Assembly: GCA_965205655.1 (NCBI GenBank)
Contig: CBDBIJ010000077.1
Coordinates: forward strand, 1 to 27,714
DNA: 27,714 nucleotides
Source: Candidatus Latescibacterota bacterium
Lineage (GTDB): Bacteria > Latescibacterota > UBA2968 > UBA8231
Direction of reading: 5' to 3'
Part shown: piece by piece, positions 17,558 to 26,208 of the stretch
Layout: each line of letters begins with the position of its first letter
How positions within the stretch are numbered: position 1 is the stretch's first letter
Made by a program: the position numbers and the translations under genes
The notes under the pieces: generated by a model
The model's input: the letters and a program-made list of their open reading frames with translations, nothing else
Told to the model about the DNA's origin: nothing
Databases searched by the model: none

Positions 17558-18475
17558 TCAGAACCGACGGCCCACCCCCAGGTGCACCCGCGCGTGACTG
17601 GCGTCGATCTCGACGGTATTGTTCCATTTCATGACGTGCTGATATCCGGCCTCGAGCTCCCAACTCCACCCATTCTGGCCGACGGGCAGATGGAGCCCGA
17701 AAACGCCGTTGAAGCCGGTCTTGAACGCCGAATCACCCGACCCCATCAAATCGCCGCTGAGGCGATGCTCGCCCACACCGACGCCGAAATATGGTCCTGC
17801 GGACCCGACCCCACTGAACAGATAGTTCCAGTCGACTTCGAATGACAGCTGGTTGACGTCGGCGTCGGGCATCAGGCCGGAGGCTCGCACGGTGAAGTTG
17901 AGGCGCCCCTTGTGCCCCAGAATCCTGGCGAGGCGCAGTCCGGCGCTGGCGTCCATAATCTCATTCGTCCCCGTCAGGGCTGTGCCCTGACGCGCCAGCT
18001 CGGCCGCCTTGTTCAGATCGGCGCCTCCAACGAGATGGAGGGACCAGCCTCCCCTGCGCTGCGGACCCATTGGACCCGCCATGTCAGTCATGGCCATTGC
18101 GGTCATTGAGTCCCATCTGTCTTGGGAGATGGCGCGCTGCAGAACGTCAATCTCCTCGCCCATCTCGACCTCGAGAATCTCGGCGATGCAGAACTCCTCG
18201 TCGACGCGGATCACGCGCACCTGTCCAACTCGGGCAAACTCGTCGCCACGGTCGCGCTCTCTGAGGACGACATAGCTCGTGCCGCGGTCGATGCCGCTTG
18301 TCATGCCGGCGTCCAGGTAGACGAGCGTGGGCGTGACCTTGATGATGTAGAGCATCTGGTCTGCAGAGATGTCCCCGGCGTCGGACTGCTCCGAAGCGGT
18401 GACCACCGACGTCGCCGCCACGAGCAGTAGGAGCCCGGCGACCCAGCAGCAGCAGTATGTGCGCACCGTTTTCAT
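17558..18475 (-). CDS. Hypothetical outer-membrane beta-barrel protein with N-terminal FlgT-C-like domain
   Basis: Signal peptide from MKTVRTY, VYLDAG..SGI..G..Y.V...VGQVRVIRV...CIAEI domain, alternating beta strands (PYFGVGVG, WELEAGY) and terminal aromatic HLGVGRRF. Confidence 0.75.
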   Translation of the reverse strand: MKTVRTYCCCWVAGLLLLVAATSVVTASEQSDAGDISADQMLYIIKVTPTLVYLDAGMTSGIDRGTSYVVLRERDRGDEFARVGQVRVIRVDEEFCIAEILEVEMGEEIDVLQRAISQDRWDSMTAMAMTDMAGPMGPQRRGGWSLHLVGGADLNKAAELARQGTALTGTNEIMDASAGLRLARILGHKGRLNFTVRASGLMPDADVNQLSFEVDWNYLFSGVGSAGPYFGVGVGEHRLSGDLMGSGDSAFKTGFNGVFGLHLPVGQNGWSWELEAGYQHVMKWNNTVEIDASHARVHLGVGRRF

Positions 18476-18482
18476 GTTGGCC

Positions 18483-19610
18483 TCAGTATTCCTCATCGTC
18501 GTCATCCTCATCGTCGCCGAGGTATTCGTCCTCAAACTCTTCGAGCCCTTCCGTCGCATCGGAGACCCGCTTTCGCAGCACGAGCCAGGCCATGAGGATG
18601 AAGGCAATGACGAGTCCAACGGCGCCGATCATCTGCCACTGCCGCGTGTACCACGGCTCTTCAGAAGCAGCGTCGGAGGCTGCCGCGTCCGCAGTCTCGT
18701 CAGGCAGCTCCATCCGCATCATCTCCTCCTCCTCCTCGTCCTCGCCCCCTCCCATCAGCCTTTCCCAGAAACTGATTCCCTCGTCTTCTTCCATGGAGGG
18801 CATCGCACCGGGCGCATCCGCCATCTCCTCCATGTGGAGCGAATCGCGCACCACACTGATCAATAGCGTCTTTCCAGCGGCCTTGAGCTTGAGCTGTGTA
18901 TCGGGTGTGTATCGAATGGTGAACTCTTCGAGATCCTGGCGCCTGTACTCGCCGCTCAGAACCGAAGTCAGTCGGTAGTGATCTTCGCTCTGCTGCTCTT
19001 CGAGCTCGACGAGGCGCTCGTCGAGAGCGACGAGATACGATTTCATCGTCGAAACCTCATCCCACACACGGCGCGCAAACGCCGGGTACTTCTTCAGCTT
19101 CTGGCTCGTCTCGCCGTACTCTTCGATGCTCGCCTCGAGCTGGCTCACCCGATCCTCGAATTTTCCTGCCGTCAGCTCATCGACCGGCATGGCGGGCATT
19201 TTCTCGAACTCAGCCATGTCGTCCGGCATCGGTGCCGAGTACATCTTCACCAATTTCGCCCGCGACGTTTCCTCTCCCACCTCGTACACGCGAACGACGG
19301 CCACAGGCTCCTGGGGAGTGCCCAGCACCTTGCCGCTGAGTGGATGGATGATCGGCTCCCCGTCCCGGAGCAGCGTCACGTCGCTGGCCAGGGCGACACC
19401 GGCGAGCGCGCCGGCAGCGAGAACCACGTCTTCACCCTCCACCTCGAGGACCCGCGTCGTGGCCATCTCGACGGCGGCGCCATCGTTCATAGTGTGACTG
19501 TCTGCCCGGCCCGCCACTGCGGTCGCGACGATGGCGAATCCCGCGCACCAGGTTGCGGTGGCGATTCGGTGCCGCCATCTGCGCAGCAGGTCTTTGTCGT
19601 TAGCTCTCAA
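18483..19610 (-). CDS. Hypothetical exported protein: FlgT-C-like domain, coiled coil, C-terminal TM helix and acidic tail
   Basis: Hydrophobic N-terminus, GEPIIHPLSGKVLG..VAVVRVYEV...SRAK motif, heptad-like region, TM IGAVGLVIAFILMAWLVL followed by RKR, and an E/D tail. Start uncertain. Confidence 0.75.
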   Translation of the reverse strand: MRANDKDLLRRWRHRIATATWCAGFAIVATAVAGRADSHTMNDGAAVEMATTRVLEVEGEDVVLAAGALAGVALASDVTLLRDGEPIIHPLSGKVLGTPQEPVAVVRVYEVGEETSRAKLVKMYSAPMPDDMAEFEKMPAMPVDELTAGKFEDRVSQLEASIEEYGETSQKLKKYPAFARRVWDEVSTMKSYLVALDERLVELEEQQSEDHYRLTSVLSGEYRRQDLEEFTIRYTPDTQLKLKAAGKTLLISVVRDSLHMEEMADAPGAMPSMEEDEGISFWERLMGGGEDEEEEEMMRMELPDETADAAASDAASEEPWYTRQWQMIGAVGLVIAFILMAWLVLRKRVSDATEGLEEFEDEYLGDDEDDDDEEY

Positions 19611-19653
19611 AGTTCAGTTTGCTCGCTACGAGTTGAATGCCTTGGTTCGCACG

Positions 19654-20442
19654 TCACAGCTTCTCTGCGAGGGATCCGGCCATCTTCACACCATGTCCGC
19701 GCAGTTCCAGAGAAAACCCTTCGGCCCCGGCGCTCGTCCAACGCTCACGTCCCACCAGCCCGATCCCCGGAGCGTAGTAGGAAGAGTACGACATCGCCGT
19801 CTTGGGCCCCGACTCAACGGAGCGAAACCTGGTGATTACTTCCAGGCAGCCGTCGAACCGTCGATCGCTCGCCACCACTGCGGTGTCTGTGGCTCCGATG
19901 TGTTTCTCGATCACCATCCCCTGACTCGTGTAGATGTACGGCTGAGGTGCTCTCGGTTCCATCGGCACGACGTTGACGCCCTGGGTGCCCATCTCGAAGA
20001 TCCGGCCCCCCTCTTTGTAGACCACCGTTCCATCGTCGAAGTAGTAGAGCTCGCGCCCTTCCCTGCGCTCGCGGCGCTCGATGGTGCGGACGATTTCGGC
20101 ATTGACGTCGTCGTTTCCTTCGTGAAATCCGTAAACCCAGTAGTGCCCGACCTCGAGCGGATAGAATGAGGAGTCGGACTCGCTGTGCTGCTCCGGTGGA
20201 CTCTCGACAGCTGCGGCGTGAACGACCGGCGCGTCGCCGGCTGGCGGAGTCTCTACATCATTCTCGACTTCATTTGAGACTTCATTCGAAACAACTGGGC
20301 GACCCGGTGGCGGCGCAGGCGACTGTTGCGGTTCGAGTGAGTGGAGCAGACCGAGCACTCCGGCGACGGTGAACGCAACCCCGCCGACACCAACGACAAC
20401 ATGGATCGCACCTGTGCCTGCATTCTTACCTTTCCGGGCCAT
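19654..20442 (-). CDS. Hypothetical membrane-anchored protein
   Basis: GGAGG RBS, N-terminal TM helix, Pro-rich linker, and a beta-rich domain bounded by FYPLEVGHYWVY and YYAPGIGLV. Confidence 0.8.
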   Translation of the reverse strand: MARKGKNAGTGAIHVVVGVGGVAFTVAGVLGLLHSLEPQQSPAPPPGRPVVSNEVSNEVENDVETPPAGDAPVVHAAAVESPPEQHSESDSSFYPLEVGHYWVYGFHEGNDDVNAEIVRTIERRERREGRELYYFDDGTVVYKEGGRIFEMGTQGVNVVPMEPRAPQPYIYTSQGMVIEKHIGATDTAVVASDRRFDGCLEVITRFRSVESGPKTAMSYSSYYAPGIGLVGRERWTSAGAEGFSLELRGHGVKMAGSLAEKL

Positions 20443-20579
20443 ACCTCCCTCCTCCCGCCTCCATAATATCGGATAAGTTTATGCAATCTTGATAGTTACC
20501 GTTATTCGTTGTGGCCGGATGAACGCCGCGATACAAGATATTGTGGGTTGCGGTGTTCCCGTGCTGCCCGTTTCTTGTT

Positions 20580-20609
20580 GAGATCGATCGCACTTGTGCG
20601 ATCGATCTC
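20580..20609. promoter_or_regulatory. Perfect 14-bp inverted repeat (operator or hairpin candidate)
   Basis: GAGATCGATCGCAC-TT-GTGCGATCGATCTC, about 35 bp upstream of the GTG at 20644. The repeat is certain; its function is inferred. Confidence 0.55.
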
Positions 20610-20643
20610 CCGACACCATTGCGAAAGAACGGAGGGCTTTACC

Positions 20644-21442
20644 GTGGCACCGACAACGACTCGAATAGGGCTGATCGGCTACGGCCAGATCGGCACTGCC
20701 GTTTGCGGCATGATCGACGGCGACGACACGAACGGAATGGAGGTCCGTCTTCATCCACGATGCCGATCCGGACCGCCTGACCGATGTGGAGGATGAGCTG
20801 ATCCTCTTCGACCTTTCCGAATTCGAGACACGACGCCCCGATCTCGTCGTCGAGATGGCGCACCCCGATGCCACGAAACAGTGGGGCCCGACCATCCTGG
20901 CGAAGACGGACTACATGGGAATTTCCGTCACCGCCCTGGCCGACGCCGAGTTCGAGAATCAGCTACGGGAGACGAGCCTGCGCCACGGCACCCGGGCCTA
21001 TGTGCCTCACGGCGGCGCCGTCGGTATAGACGCCTTTCTCGAAAACCGCGACTCGTGGGAATCCGTCCACTGTGTCATGAAGAAGCCGCCGAAGAATGTG
21101 GACTGCGCCGCAGCCGGTGTCGATGCCGACAGCATCACCGAGGAGACCTGCCTCTACGACGGACCCACCCGCGGCGCCTGCCCCCTCTTTCCCCGCAATG
21201 TCAACACGCTCGCCGCCATCGCCTACGCCAGCATCGGCCTCGACCGCACCCACGCCACCCTCATTGTCAACCCCGAGTGGAACACGGCCAGAGTTTCCGT
21301 TCACGCGAAAAGCCCCGATGTCGAGCTCAAGATAGAGCGCTCCGAGGCGATTGCGGGCATCACCGGCGCCAGCACGCCGGCCTCCATCTACAACTCGATT
21401 CAGATGATCGGCTCCAAAGGACCGGGAATCCATCTCCGCTGA
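20644..21442 (+). CDS. Aspartate dehydrogenase domain (DUF108) protein (frameshift at 20745-20746)
   Basis: Rossmann IGLIGYGQIG, PDLVVEMAHP, ALAD, MKKPP and LYDGPTRGACPLFPRNVN. GGAGG RBS. One extra C joins the two frames. Confidence 0.85.
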
Positions 21443-21451
21443 CGGGATCGA

Positions 21452-22606
21452 ATGAAGCCCTTCGCCGGGACTCCTGCCGCCCTTCCCAGGTCCGGAATCC
21501 GCGAAATCATGGATCTCGCCTGGGCAACGGAGGGCGTCATCCACCTCGAGGTCGGTCAACCCGATTTCGACACGCCCGACCACATCGTCGAGGCCGCCTG
21601 CCGATCCGTCAGGGAGGGACACACGAAATACGTGCCGAACGCCGGCGTTGCAGAGCTACGTCAGGCGGTCGCTCGCTATCTTCAGCGCCGTACGGGCGTG
21701 CCCACGGCCATGGAGCAGATCCTCGTTACCCAGGGTGCTGTGATGAGCATCGCCACCGCCTTTCTCGCCCTCGTGGAGCCGGACGAGGAGGTGCTGCTTC
21801 CGGATCCGGGCTGGCCCAACTACTCCATGGCCCTGACGCTGCTTCACGGACGCCCCGTCTACTACAACCTGCGGCCTGAGGACCGATTCCTCCCCGATGT
21901 CGCCGAGCTCGAAGCGCTCGTCACGTCGAAGACGAAGCTCATGCTGCTGTGCAATCCCTCGAATCCCACAGGTCAGGTCTTCGACGCGGAAATGACGCGG
22001 CAGCTGATGGAGTTCGCCAGGCGCCACGATCTCTACGTCGTCGCCGACGAGATCTACTCCGAGATCGTCTTTGACTCAGCGCACGCCTCGACTCTGCCGT
22101 TCGATGAAGACGGGCGGGTCATCCTCGTGACCGGCATGTCGAAGGCCTACGCCATGACCGGCTTCCGCGTCGGCTTCACGCGCGCCGGCCGCGATTACGT
22201 GGAGCTGGCCGCCAAGCTGCAGGAACCCTTCGTGTCGTGCGGTGTCGGCTTCGCCCAGATGGCCTCTGTCGATGGTCTCGACGGCCCTCAGGACTCTGTC
22301 GGAATTATGCGTGACACCTACAGGGCGAGGAGGGATGTCGCCCTCGAGGTCTTGCGCGAGTTCGACCTCTACCGCTACACGCCAGGCGGCGCGTTCTATC
22401 TGCTCGTTGATATCTCGTCGACGGGAATGGACTCACGCGATTTCGCCCTCCGCCTCATCGAGGAGCAGAAGGTGGCCGTGGCTCCAGGCAGCACCTTTGG
22501 CGAAACCTGTGCCGACCACGTTCGCATCTCCTTCGCATCTCCGGAGGAGAACGTCCGCGAGGGACTGCGCCGGCTTTGCACCGCGATACACGACTTCGCC
22601 CCTTGA
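21452..22606 (+). CDS. PLP-dependent aminotransferase, class I/II
   Basis: GQPDFDTP, NPSNPTG, DEIY, SKAYAMTGFRVG (PLP lysine), GAFY and VRISFA. Confidence 0.95.
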   Translation: MKPFAGTPAALPRSGIREIMDLAWATEGVIHLEVGQPDFDTPDHIVEAACRSVREGHTKYVPNAGVAELRQAVARYLQRRTGVPTAMEQILVTQGAVMSIATAFLALVEPDEEVLLPDPGWPNYSMALTLLHGRPVYYNLRPEDRFLPDVAELEALVTSKTKLMLLCNPSNPTGQVFDAEMTRQLMEFARRHDLYVVADEIYSEIVFDSAHASTLPFDEDGRVILVTGMSKAYAMTGFRVGFTRAGRDYVELAAKLQEPFVSCGVGFAQMASVDGLDGPQDSVGIMRDTYRARRDVALEVLREFDLYRYTPGGAFYLLVDISSTGMDSRDFALRLIEEQKVAVAPGSTFGETCADHVRISFASPEENVREGLRRLCTAIHDFAP

Positions 22607-22624
22607 CCCTCGTCCACCCAGTCG

Positions 22625-24053
22625 GGTCAAGGCCCAGTTTCAGTTGAAACAAATCACAGGCTCGGGTGAGTGTGTCAGCCCATCATCGCGAGCTGTTTGA
22701 TGCCGAGTTCGGCTTGTATGGCTTGCCGGAGCATCGGCAGATGGCGATAGCCCTTGACCCTGCGCAGACGTGGTTCGATGTCGAGCAGTGCCGTGGCTAC
22801 CCAACGGTGACGCTGTGATGAGTTGGTCCAGCGTCGCACGTTGTGTGTGAGCTGCTCCAGGAGACTGTTGACGTTCTCGATGCAGTTGGTGGTGCGGAAG
22901 GAATCCTTGAGCATCGGCGTCAGTCCCAACCGATGGAGTGTGAGGGTCTCTTCCATGCCTTCCTCGAGGCTGTGTAGGGCGGACTGATTCATCAACTTCA
23001 AGCCCGGTTTGAGCGCGTCCAGTGCCGCCTTGGCCGCCTCGTATCTCGGTTTGCCGTAGGCCGCCTCCATCTTGCGACCCATACCGGACTGCTCGCTCTT
23101 GGACAGATACGACACGACGTTCTGGCGCTTGTGATACTGGCAGCGCTGCACGCAGGCATGTCCTTTGAGCACCGACATCACCGCCTTGTAAAGCCCCTTG
23201 GCGCCGTCGATGACGACCAACAGTCCGGCTTCGTACTGCATACCGCGTTCGACCAGATCGGACAGGAAGCGACGGCAGACGCGCTCGTTTTCCGTGGCCG
23301 CCTGCACGAAGCCAAGAGGAATCTTCTGTCCGTCGAGGGTGACGCCCAGGGCGATGATGATCTCCTCGTCCGCGAAGCTCTTGCCGTCGAGGAATAGCGC
23401 CACCAGATCATATCCTTCCAGGGATCGCTCCTGGAATTCAGCCAGCTTTCGAGCCGTGCCTTTCACGTAACGACGGGACACCGATGAGGATGACAGACCA
23501 AAGGCCTCGGGTACGGCCTCAGCGCAGGCCTCGTAGTTGCGCGTGGCGATGCCCTTCAGCATCCGCAACAGCAGACCTTCGTCCATCTGTCGAGGCGTCT
23601 GCAGTGCCTGGTAAACATCCAGCGGGACCTCGGTATGGTTGGCCACGTTGCGCACCCGCGGCACATCGACGGGTAGTTTCTGGTCGGCCAGGTACACCGA
23701 CCCGAGCTGAGACCCCCAGCGGCGTAACGGCTGATCCGACCCCTTGCGCTGATACCGCGGCCCAGCCAACTCAACGACCGCTCTTTGCAGCTCCTCCGCG
23801 ACCGCCTGCAGCCCCAAGGGAATCAGCCATTGGATCGCCTCGATCCGGCCATCCAGGTCCTCTACTTGCTCTGCAGTCTCGGGTGCTACCTTGCCGATGC
23901 TCACCGTTCGTTTGACGCCCTTCTTCCGTGCTACTAGCTTGCTCATTGCAGGCTCCCCATCGTTACCGATGCGAGACTTCTTCCAACGGGCTTCTCGTAT
24001 CAAAACGTAACGATTGGAGCCTGTGCTGTTTCAACTAAGATCGGGACAAAGCG
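22625..24053 (-). mobile_element. IS256-family insertion sequence, copy 1
   Basis: Ends defined by identity with copy 2. Imperfect terminal IRs CGCTTTGTCCCGATCTTAGTTGAAACA / GGTCAAGGCCCAGTTTCAGTTGAAACA. Confidence 0.9.
22675..23946 (-). CDS. IS256-family (Mutator-type DDE) transposase, intact
   Basis: LFLDG, VVIDGAKGL, QRCQYHK.QN and RTTNCIEN.N. Start MSKLVA after GGAG. Confidence 0.93.
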   Translation of the reverse strand: MSKLVARKKGVKRTVSIGKVAPETAEQVEDLDGRIEAIQWLIPLGLQAVAEELQRAVVELAGPRYQRKGSDQPLRRWGSQLGSVYLADQKLPVDVPRVRNVANHTEVPLDVYQALQTPRQMDEGLLLRMLKGIATRNYEACAEAVPEAFGLSSSSVSRRYVKGTARKLAEFQERSLEGYDLVALFLDGKSFADEEIIIALGVTLDGQKIPLGFVQAATENERVCRRFLSDLVERGMQYEAGLLVVIDGAKGLYKAVMSVLKGHACVQRCQYHKRQNVVSYLSKSEQSGMGRKMEAAYGKPRYEAAKAALDALKPGLKLMNQSALHSLEEGMEETLTLHRLGLTPMLKDSFRTTNCIENVNSLLEQLTHNVRRWTNSSQRHRWVATALLDIEPRLRRVKGYRHLPMLRQAIQAELGIKQLAMMG

Positions 24054-24056
24054 CGA

Positions 24057-24103
24057 CCAATCAGTCTATCTAATAGACAGCTGCCAATCAGTTCATCTAA
24101 TAG
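24057..24103. repeat. Imperfect 20-bp direct repeat, 27-bp period, AT-rich
   Basis: CCAATCAGTCTATCTAATAG (24057-24076) and CCAATCAGTTCATCTAATAG (24084-24103). Confidence 0.8.
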
Positions 24104-24781
24104 TCTATCTAATCTAAACCGCGCGGGAAGGACGTGAGCTGCACGAGGCCGTCATCGGACAGCAGGTAGTTCTCTTCCAGGCGGATGCCGGCCTTCAACT
24201 CGTCGTTGTACAACCCAGGCTCCATGGTGAACACGTCGCCGACCTCGAACACGGCGTCGTAGTGTGGATTCAGCTCCGGCGTCTCGTGCGGCGCCAGACC
24301 GATGCCGTGGCCGAGATGGTGCACGAGGCCGTCGAATTCACCTTGTCCCAAGTAGCCGTCGGCAACGCCGAACAGGTCGACTGCCGGCAGGCCCGGTCGC
24401 ACTGTACTCACCAGTTCCGCGAAAAGAGCATCGATTGTCTCCCACGCCCGCGACTGCGCCTCACTGGGCGCTCCGTCCACTGCAAAAGTGCGGCAGTTGT
24501 CGGCGTAGTATCCGTGCAGCACTGGTCCAACGTCCAGGATGTAGAGCTCGCCGGATTGCATCTGGCGATGTCGCGGCAGACCGCCGATGTCGTTGGCGCG
24601 AAAGTCGTTTCCCATGAACTCGAGGTCTTCACCGGCCGCCTTGGTGGCCTCGGCGCGGATGTAGGCGAACACATCCACCTCGTCTGCGCCTGGCTCGATC
24701 GCCTCTTTCGCGGCGGCGTACATCGCATCGCCCACGGCGATTGCACCGCGAATCGCCTCTACCTCATCGGCGTGTTTGCAC

Positions 24782-26208
24782 CGCTTTGTCCCGATCTTAG
24801 TTGAAACAGCACAGGCTCCAATCGTTACGTTTTGATACGAGAAGCCCGTTGGAAGAAGTCTCGCATCGGTAACAAAAGGAGCCTGCAATGAGCAAGCTAG
24901 TAGCACGGAAGAAGGGCGTCAAACGAACGGTGAGCATCGGCAAGGTAGCACCCGAGACTGCAGAGCAAGTAGAGGACCTGGATGGCCGGATTGAGGCGAT
25001 CCAATGGCTGATTCCCTTGGGGCTGCAGGCGGTCGCGGAGGAGCTGCAAAGAGCGGTCGTTGAGTTGGCTGGGCCGCGGTATCAGCGCAAGGGGTCGGAT
25101 CAGCCGTTACGCCGCTGGGGGTCTCAGCTCGGGTCGGTGTACCTGGCCGACCAGAAACTACCCGTCGATGTGCCGCGGGTGCGCAACGTGGCCAACCATA
25201 CCGAGGTCCCGCTGGATGTTTACCAGGCACTGCAGACGCCTCAACAGATGGACGAAGGTCTGCTGTTGCGGATGCTGAAGGGCATCGCCACGCGCAACTA
25301 CGAGGCCTGCGCTGAGGCCGTACCCGAGGCCTTTGGTCTGTCATCCTCATCGGTGTCCCGTCGTTACGTGAAAGGCACGGCTCGAAAGCTGGCTGAATTC
25401 CAGGAGCGATCCCTGGAAGGATATGATCTGGTGGCGCTATTCCTCGACGGCAAGAGCTTCGCGGACGAGGAGATCATCATCGCCCTGGCGTCACCCTCGA
25501 CGGACAGAAGATTCCTCTTGGCTTCGTGCAGGCGGCCACGGAAAACGAGCGCGTCTGCCGTCGCTTCCTGTCCGATCTGGTCGAACGCGGTATGCAGTAC
25601 GAAGCCGGACTGTTGGTCGTCATCGACGGCGCCAAGGGGCTTTACAAGGCGGTGATGTCGGTGCTCAAAGGACATGCCTGCGTGCAGCGCTGCCAGTATC
25701 ACAAGCGCCAGAACGTCGTGTCGTATCTGTCCAAAAGCGAGCAGTCCGGTATGGGTCGCAAGATGGAGGCGGCCTACGGCAAACCGAGATACGAGGCGGC
25801 CAAGGCGGCACTGGACGCGCTCAAACCGGGCTTGAAGTTGATGAATCAGTCCGCCCTACACAGCCTCGAGGAAGGCATGGAAGAGACCCTCACACTCCAT
25901 CGGTTGGGACTGACGCCGATGCTCAAGGATTCCTTCCGCACCACCAACTGCATCGAGAACGTCAACAGTCTCCTGGAGCAGCTCACACACAACGTGCGAC
26001 GCTGGACCAACTCATCACAGCGTCACCGTTGGGTAGCCACGGCACTGCTCGACATCGAACCACGTCTGCGCAGGGTCAAGGGCTATCGCCATCTGCCGAT
26101 GCTCCGGCAAGCCATACAAGCCGAACTCGGCATCAAACAGCTCGCGATGATGGGCTGACACACTCACCCGAGCCTGTGATTTGTTTCAACTGAAACTGGG
26201 CCTTGACC
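24782..26208 (+). mobile_element. IS256-family insertion sequence, copy 2, with target-site duplication
   Basis: Inverted near-identical copy of 22625-24053. TTTGCAC is duplicated at 24775-24781 and 26210-26216, with one extra T at 26209. Confidence 0.92.
24888..26158 (+). CDS. IS256-family transposase, copy 2 (one G missing at 25487-25488)
   Basis: Matches the copy 1 protein except for one R>Q change. Split into ORFs 24888..25655 and 25526..26158 by GGG>GG. Confidence 0.88.

Noticed and set aside
14858..21879. Long alternative-frame ORFs (e.g. 14858..15862, 18978..19835, 20881..21879)
   Set aside because: They overlap better-supported genes and have Arg/Pro-rich composition typical of high-GC shadow ORFs.
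24057..24103. Possible mini-CRISPR
   Set aside because: Only two imperfect units with a 7-bp gap.
24782..24906. N-terminal extension of the 265-aa peptidase ORF as a real fusion
   Set aside because: It derives from the IS end read on the opposite strand, with no evidence of expression.
25481..25495. Programmed frameshift in the IS256 transposase
   Set aside because: Copy 1 is intact, IS256 transposases are single ORFs, and there is no slippery motif.
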